Assembly (NCBI GenBank): GCA_963817955.1
Contig: CAWFQK010000002.1
Span: 896,001-960,000, forward strand
DNA length: 64,000 nt
From: an uncultured Gemmatimonadaceae bacterium
Lineage (GTDB): Bacteria; Gemmatimonadota; Gemmatimonadetes; Gemmatimonadales; Gemmatimonadaceae
Direction of reading: 5' to 3'
The notes beneath the pieces were generated by a model. That model was not told the DNA's origin and ran no database searches. It was given only the letters and a program-made list of their open reading frames with translations. Shown piece by piece: positions 59,189-64,000 of the stretch (the stretch's first letter is position 1; every line of letters starts with the position of its first letter). The position numbers were made by a program, and so were the translations under genes.

Positions 59189-60549
59189 AGAAGCCGCGTG
59201 TCATCATCTGCGATGACGAGATGCTCATTCGCTTGTGGCTCAGTGAGCATCTCGCCGACGCCGGGTATCATACCGAGGCCGTGCCCGATGGCGCCGGATT
59301 GCTGGCGGCGATCGCCCGCGAACCGGCTGACGTCGTGGTGCTCGACCTGCGACTCCCTGATCAAACCGGCATGGAGCTGTTGCCGCTGCTCAAGGCGGCC
59401 GATCCCGGTCTGGCCGTGATCATGATGACCGCCTATGGCGAGGTGGAGACGGCCGTCGCGGCCGTTCGCGCCGGGGCGTATCACTTCCTCGAGAAGCCCA
59501 TTGCGCTACCCGAGCTGAAGCTGCTGATCGATCAGGCGCTCGAGTCGCGCCAGCTTCGCAGCGAGCTCGATCGTTATCGCGATGGCTACCGCTGGCAGTT
59601 CGCCGACGTGGCGCTGGTCGGCCGGTCTCCGGCACTGCGGAGAGTGGCGGACATGATCACGCGTGTCGGCGCACGGGGCAGCCCGGTGAACGTGCTGATC
59701 CAGGGGGAGAGCGGCACGGGCAAGGGAATTGTCGCCCGTGCGATTCACGCTCGCGGGCCGCGCCGTGCGCACCCGTTCGTGAGCGTGAACTGTACGTCGC
59801 TGCCCGAGCATCTCATCGAGAGTGAGTTGTTCGGCCACGAAGCGGGCGCCTATACCGATGCGCGCGAAATGAAACGCGGTCTGTTCGAGATTGCCGACAA
59901 GGGAACCGTCTTCCTCGACGAAATCGGCGACATGCCGAGGCCCGCACAAGCAAAACTGCTGCATTTCCTCGAGGGGCACACCTTCCGGCGCGTCGGCGGG
60001 GTTCGGAGCATAGAAGTGGACGTGCACGTGGTGACGGCCACGAATCGCAAGCTCGATGAGGCGGTGGCCAAAGGGGAATTCCGTGAGGATCTGTTCTATC
60101 GGCTGAACGTGATCCCCATTCACATCCCATCGTTGCGTGAGCGACCGGACGACGTGGCGCCCCTCGCGACGTTCTTCATCGACACGCTCTGCCGGGAACT
60201 GCGTCTGCCGGCGCGGGAAATCGCGCCCGATGCCATGCGCGCGCTCGAAGCCTATGCATGGCCCGGGAATGCCCGTGAGCTTCGGAACGTGCTCGAGCGC
60301 GTGTTGCTGCTCGAGGAGACGTCGCTGGTGCGGGCCTCTCACTTGCCGCCGGAAATTTCCGGTGCCCATCGGCCGCTCGATCGCGCATTCGTACTCCCAG
60401 CGACCGGTCTCGATCTCGAGACGCTCGAACGAGAGTTCATTTGCCAGGCGCTCGATCGCTCCAACGGCAACAAGACGGGCGCCGCCAAGCTCCTTGGCCT
60501 CAGCCGCGACACCCTACGCTACCGGTTGGAGAAGTACGGGATTCAGTGA
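59185..60549 (+). CDS. Sigma54-dependent response regulator (NtrC/AtoC family)
   Basis: REC (CDDE, LDLRLP); GESGTGK; ESELFGHEAGAYTDA; WPGNAREL; Fis-type HTH. Confidence 0.95.
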   Translation: MKKPRVIICDDEMLIRLWLSEHLADAGYHTEAVPDGAGLLAAIAREPADVVVLDLRLPDQTGMELLPLLKAADPGLAVIMMTAYGEVETAVAAVRAGAYHFLEKPIALPELKLLIDQALESRQLRSELDRYRDGYRWQFADVALVGRSPALRRVADMITRVGARGSPVNVLIQGESGTGKGIVARAIHARGPRRAHPFVSVNCTSLPEHLIESELFGHEAGAYTDAREMKRGLFEIADKGTVFLDEIGDMPRPAQAKLLHFLEGHTFRRVGGVRSIEVDVHVVTATNRKLDEAVAKGEFREDLFYRLNVIPIHIPSLRERPDDVAPLATFFIDTLCRELRLPAREIAPDAMRALEAYAWPGNARELRNVLERVLLLEETSLVRASHLPPEISGAHRPLDRAFVLPATGLDLETLEREFICQALDRSNGNKTGAAKLLGLSRDTLRYRLEKYGIQ

Positions 60550-60557
60550 GGCTGGGC

Positions 60558-61370
60558 TTACTCCCCCAGCACTCTTCGCCCAAACAAGAATCTCTCTCTC
60601 AAACGATCGACGTATGCGTCTCTCTCTCTCAAACGATCGACGTATGCGTCTCGCCGATCGTCGAGACGCTCGATCGCGTGTCCTCCGCGGCCGAGCGCGA
60701 GATGCACCATGCGATGCGCGCCGAGTGCAATGCCTACATGCGTGACCCGCTGGTCGGGACGATCGGAGAAGAAGAGGAGATCGGCCGGAACGAGCTCGCC
60801 CACATTCCTGCCTGCGTCGCTGCCCATCTCCGCTTGTTGCCACGCGTCGCGCGGCAGTTGCATGCCGTGCAACGCGAAGACACTCTGAATCAAGCCGGAA
60901 CAGTCGGCACCCCATGGCGTGACACCGCCCCACAAATAGCTCGTGGCGCTGAACAGCTCGCACGCGCTCCGCGTGATCGCGTTCGCCTCCAGCGGAAAGC
61001 GCTCGGCCGCATGACCACTGTCGATCATCTCGCCCGATACGAGGATTTCGTTTGGCGACAGAATGGCGCGCAAGGGGAGTGCTCGCCGGCTGCCCGATGC
61101 CGTCTGCGTGACGCAACCGAGCGAGATATGCCACGGCTCGCCGCTCGGGCGAGGGGTACGCGATGCACGCGCGAGGAACCCGATGTGCATCCAGCCTTCG
61201 TAGCCGTCGTCCCCGCGCGCGCGAACCCAGTCGCCTTCCTCGTCGACCACCTCGATTTCGTGGCCGGCAAGCTGTTGGGAGATCATCTGGCTGGCGATGC
61301 GCGGCTCGCTGTGCATGGGCGCGAGCGGCGTACGCACCGTTGCGGCGTACAGAACCGGAAATTGGTCCAC
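60558..61370 (-). CDS. SH3 + NlpC/P60 (C40) peptidase
   Basis: DGYEGW; YLWGGVTPWGADCSG; LPRDAWQQ; HVGI. Confidence 0.92.
   Translation of the reverse strand: MDQFPVLYAATVRTPLAPMHSEPRIASQMISQQLAGHEIEVVDEEGDWVRARGDDGYEGWMHIGFLARASRTPRPSGEPWHISLGCVTQTASGSRRALPLRAILSPNEILVSGEMIDSGHAAERFPLEANAITRSACELFSATSYLWGGVTPWGADCSGLIQSVFALHGMQLPRDAWQQAEMGSDAGRNVGELVPADLLFFSDRPDQRVTHVGIALGAHRMVHLALGRGGHAIERLDDRRDAYVDRLRERDAYVDRLRERFLFGRRVLGE
60591..60650. repeat. Exact 30-bp tandem duplication
   Basis: tctctctctcaaacgatcgacgtatgcgtc x2, encoding RDAYVDRLRE x2. Confidence 0.95.
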
Positions 61371-61373
61371 GCG

Positions 61374-61568
61374 TTACGTTGCTGACTTGGCCGCGGCGGA
61401 TGCGGCGTCGCGCTTCGCCTGACAGGCGCGGCAGCGCGTGATGCCACGCATGTCGCAGATGATACAGATGAACGTTCCGCAGTCGACGCACGGGTAGCCT
61501 TCCGACGCACGCTCCTCGTTGCCGCAGGCACGGCAGATCATCGCGTCACGTTCCTGGACGTCGTTCAT
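61374..61568 (-). CDS. Small Cys-rich protein with four CxxC motifs
   Basis: CRAC, CVDC, CIIC, CRAC in 64 aa; tightly packed between kinase and NlpC/P60 genes. Confidence 0.75.
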   Translation of the reverse strand: MNDVQERDAMICRACGNEERASEGYPCVDCGTFICIICDMRGITRCRACQAKRDAASAAAKSAT

Positions 61569-61584
61569 GTCACCAAGATAGCTG

Positions 61585-64000
61585 TTACGACTCGACTTCG
61601 GCGAGGACGACGGCCGCAAGCTTGTCGAGCAGGAACGGCTTCGCCACGACTGCGCAGCGCGTGGACTCGAGCACCCGGCGTGCCGATTCGCTCTGGGTAT
61701 CGCCGGTAATGAAGACGACGCGCGGCATCACGCGGCCCGTCTGACGGATTTCGGCGAGCACCTCGTTGCCGGGAATGTCAGGCAACCGCAGATCGAGCAT
61801 GATCACGTCGTAATCGGCTGCGGCCGTACGTGAAATAGCCTCACGCCCAGAACCGACGTCGTCCACCATGTGTCCGATCGAGCGGAAGTACGTCGCGATC
61901 GCCTGACGGATGGCCGGTTCGTCGTCCACAACCAGGAGGCGCTTGCCCGCGGCTACGTCCGGGACGACGACGCTGCCCACGGGCGTTCGGGGTGCGGGCG
62001 GCGGGACCCGTGGCAACTCGATGATGAACGCAGCACCGCGTCCAGGGTGCGATTCGACGCGAATGCGGCCGCCGTGCTCGCGAACGATGCCATCCGAGAT
62101 CGAGAGGCCGAGGCCCGTTCCCTCACCCACCGGCTTCGTCGTAAAGAAGGGATTGAATATTCGCGTCAGGTGTTCGCGGGAGATGCCGGGACCGGAGTCA
62201 TCGACGCGGATGACCAGCTCATCGTCATGACAGGCCGTCGACAACATCAATTTTCGTTCTCCCTGCCAGGACGCGAGCGCGTGCTCGGCGTTGGTGATCA
62301 GATTCAAGATCACCTGCTGGAGCTGGAATGGATCGGCCCAGGTCAATGGCAGCGAAGCGTCGAGATTCCGCTCGACGGTGATCTGTGCGACACGTAGCGC
62401 ATAGCGCCGAAGCTCGAGCGTGTCGTCAATGACGCGATTGAGATCGGCGGTCGTGCGTTCCGGCTGATGCTGCCGCGCAAAGGTCAGGAGGTTGGAGACG
62501 ATCTTCGCAGCGCGCTTCGATTCCTGGTTGATCGCTTCGATCGCATGACGATCATCGGGCGTACCCGTCGGCGCAGCCAGCAGCAACTGCGCGAATGCCA
62601 TGACGCTGGCCAACGGGTTGTTCAGCTCATGGGCAACGCCACTGACGAGCTGTCCCACCGCCGCGAGCTTCTCCTGTTGCATCAGCTGTTCGGTGAGTCG
62701 CTTCTCATCCGTGACGTCGCGTGCAACGCCGAGTATGCCGGTGACCGACGCGCCCTCGACGAGCGGCGTCAGCGTGAGCGACCACTGTCGCAGCTCGCCG
62801 TTCACACCCGAGTAATGCAGCTCCACGCGTCGGCGTTTGCCGGTGAACGTCTCGGCCAGCGCGTGCATCACAACCGACTCGTCGCGCCCGTCGAGGAGCG
62901 ATGCGAACCTGGTGCCAAGGAGCTCGTCGCGATGCTGGCCGCTGGCGCGCTCCAGCGAGCGGTTCACGGCGGTCAGCCGTCCGTCCGGATCGACAGTGAA
63001 GATCGCATCGGTGGCCGATTCGACGAGGCGAGCGTACTTCGCCTCCGATTGCGCCACCGCGTCGCGCGCGCGCCGCTCGTCCTCGCACACCTGGCGGTAC
63101 CGGTCGGCCGCCTCCTTCGCTTCCTCGTATAGCCGCGCGTTCGCGACCGCGACCGCCACCTGATCGGCGAGGCGCTGGAGCACGATCGCATCGTCGTCCG
63201 TGAAGTCGACGTCGCGATTGATGATCGAGAGGGCGCCGATCACATCGGTGCTCCCAAAAAGCGGCGCGACGAGCGTCTGTTCTACCCCCGCTGCAATGCG
63301 CGTCGGTGCATACGCTTCGGCGACACTCGCGTCGTTGCAGATGACGGCCCGGCCCTCGCGCATGGCGCGCCCGCTCACGCTGGCGTTGACCGGCACCGGT
63401 GCACCAAGGAGACGTTCGCCCACGCCGGTCCCCGCGACGACCACGACGTCATTGTCGCGCAGCAGGGCGATCGTGGCGCCCTGCGCGCGGAGCAGTGCCA
63501 TGGCGTGGCGGAGACTGAGCTGCAGCACATCACCCAAGCGAAGTGAACCGCCCACCGCTCGTGCGATGTCCGCGAGCGCTTCACCTCGGCCTCTTTCTCG
63601 TTGGCTCTGCTCGTACAAGCGGGCGTTTTCGATGATGGAGGCCACTTGCTGCGCGAACAGCTCCACCGTTCGCACACGCGCCAGCGTGGGTGTGCCCGGC
63701 TCGTCCGACTCGGCGAGGATCAGCGTCGCCACGGTGGTGCCGCCCACGGCGCGCACTGGGACGATCAGCTCGCCCGAGCCGAGGAAGACTGAGTTGCTGA
63801 TCGACGCAACGACGGCGGTGTCCGCTGGCGTCGCGTAGTTGGAGATGGTATCCACGCGGCTGTAGCCGACCTTCTGAATGGCTTGCACGAGAATGCGAAG
63901 CCGCTCATCGAGCGTACGTGCGCGTTCGACGTCGGCGAGCGCTTCGTGGAGCAATACGAGCTGGTCGCGTTCGCGGAGAAGGCGCGCGAGCGTATTCGAC
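61585..64000 (-). CDS. Hybrid sensor kinase (GAF-GAF-PAS-HisKA-HATPase-REC), 5'-truncated by window edge
   Basis: Frame open to window end; ENARLY GAF ends; PAS; VAHELNNPL; GTGLGLS; LLVVDDE. Confidence 0.93.
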   Translation of the reverse strand, partial: SNTLARLLRERDQLVLLHEALADVERARTLDERLRILVQAIQKVGYSRVDTISNYATPADTAVVASISNSVFLGSGELIVPVRAVGGTTVATLILAESDEPGTPTLARVRTVELFAQQVASIIENARLYEQSQRERGRGEALADIARAVGGSLRLGDVLQLSLRHAMALLRAQGATIALLRDNDVVVVAGTGVGERLLGAPVPVNASVSGRAMREGRAVICNDASVAEAYAPTRIAAGVEQTLVAPLFGSTDVIGALSIINRDVDFTDDDAIVLQRLADQVAVAVANARLYEEAKEAADRYRQVCEDERRARDAVAQSEAKYARLVESATDAIFTVDPDGRLTAVNRSLERASGQHRDELLGTRFASLLDGRDESVVMHALAETFTGKRRRVELHYSGVNGELRQWSLTLTPLVEGASVTGILGVARDVTDEKRLTEQLMQQEKLAAVGQLVSGVAHELNNPLASVMAFAQLLLAAPTGTPDDRHAIEAINQESKRAAKIVSNLLTFARQHQPERTTADLNRVIDDTLELRRYALRVAQITVERNLDASLPLTWADPFQLQQVILNLITNAEHALASWQGERKLMLSTACHDDELVIRVDDSGPGISREHLTRIFNPFFTTKPVGEGTGLGLSISDGIVREHGGRIRVESHPGRGAAFIIELPRVPPPAPRTPVGSVVVPDVAAGKRLLVVDDEPAIRQAIATYFRSIGHMVDDVGSGREAISRTAAADYDVIMLDLRLPDIPGNEVLAEIRQTGRVMPRVVFITGDTQSESARRVLESTRCAVVAKPFLLDKLAAVVLAEVES

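Overview
High-GC bacterial chromosomal segment. Gene content and order resemble Gemmatimonadota; this is my inference and was not verified. The left ~28.6 kb is accessory. It holds a cohesin-like lipoprotein pair plus an Asp-box beta-propeller protein that appears to begin a dockerin at the window edge, an intact IS256 with an 8-bp TSD plus two IS-end relics, and several secreted proteins. It also holds a signal-peptide CHAT (caspase-like) protease next to an ECF sigma/anti-sigma pair, a type I R-M locus (hsdR-yhcG-half TRD-hsdS-hsdM) and a nucleotidyltransferase/wHTH TA-like pair. The right ~35 kb is mostly core: degenerate DnaB-like ATPase, TPR/CsgG-like lipoprotein plus barrel, yebC-ruvC-ruvA, acpS, and the ruvB-queA-tgt-yajC-def-fmt-rsmB-PASTA-rpe-tlpA-ybbR-tsaD-lgt operon. 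Further right are a Rieske/cytochrome b-c operon with a divergent sigma54 two-component system, an NlpC/P60 peptidase and a hybrid kinase. Two copies of a ~350-380 bp non-coding palindromic element with AACTGCA micro-repeats lie at ~35.3 and ~40.4 kb; their outer ends mirror each other. Several genes (hsdR, ruvC, tgt, probably yajC) carry 1-bp homopolymer frameshifts, most likely sequencing errors. Best candidates for new biology: the cohesin/dockerin-like surface module, the exported CHAT-ECF-anti-sigma module, the palindromic element family and the intragenic palindromes in yhcG. Family assignments are from motif recognition by eye; no searches were run.
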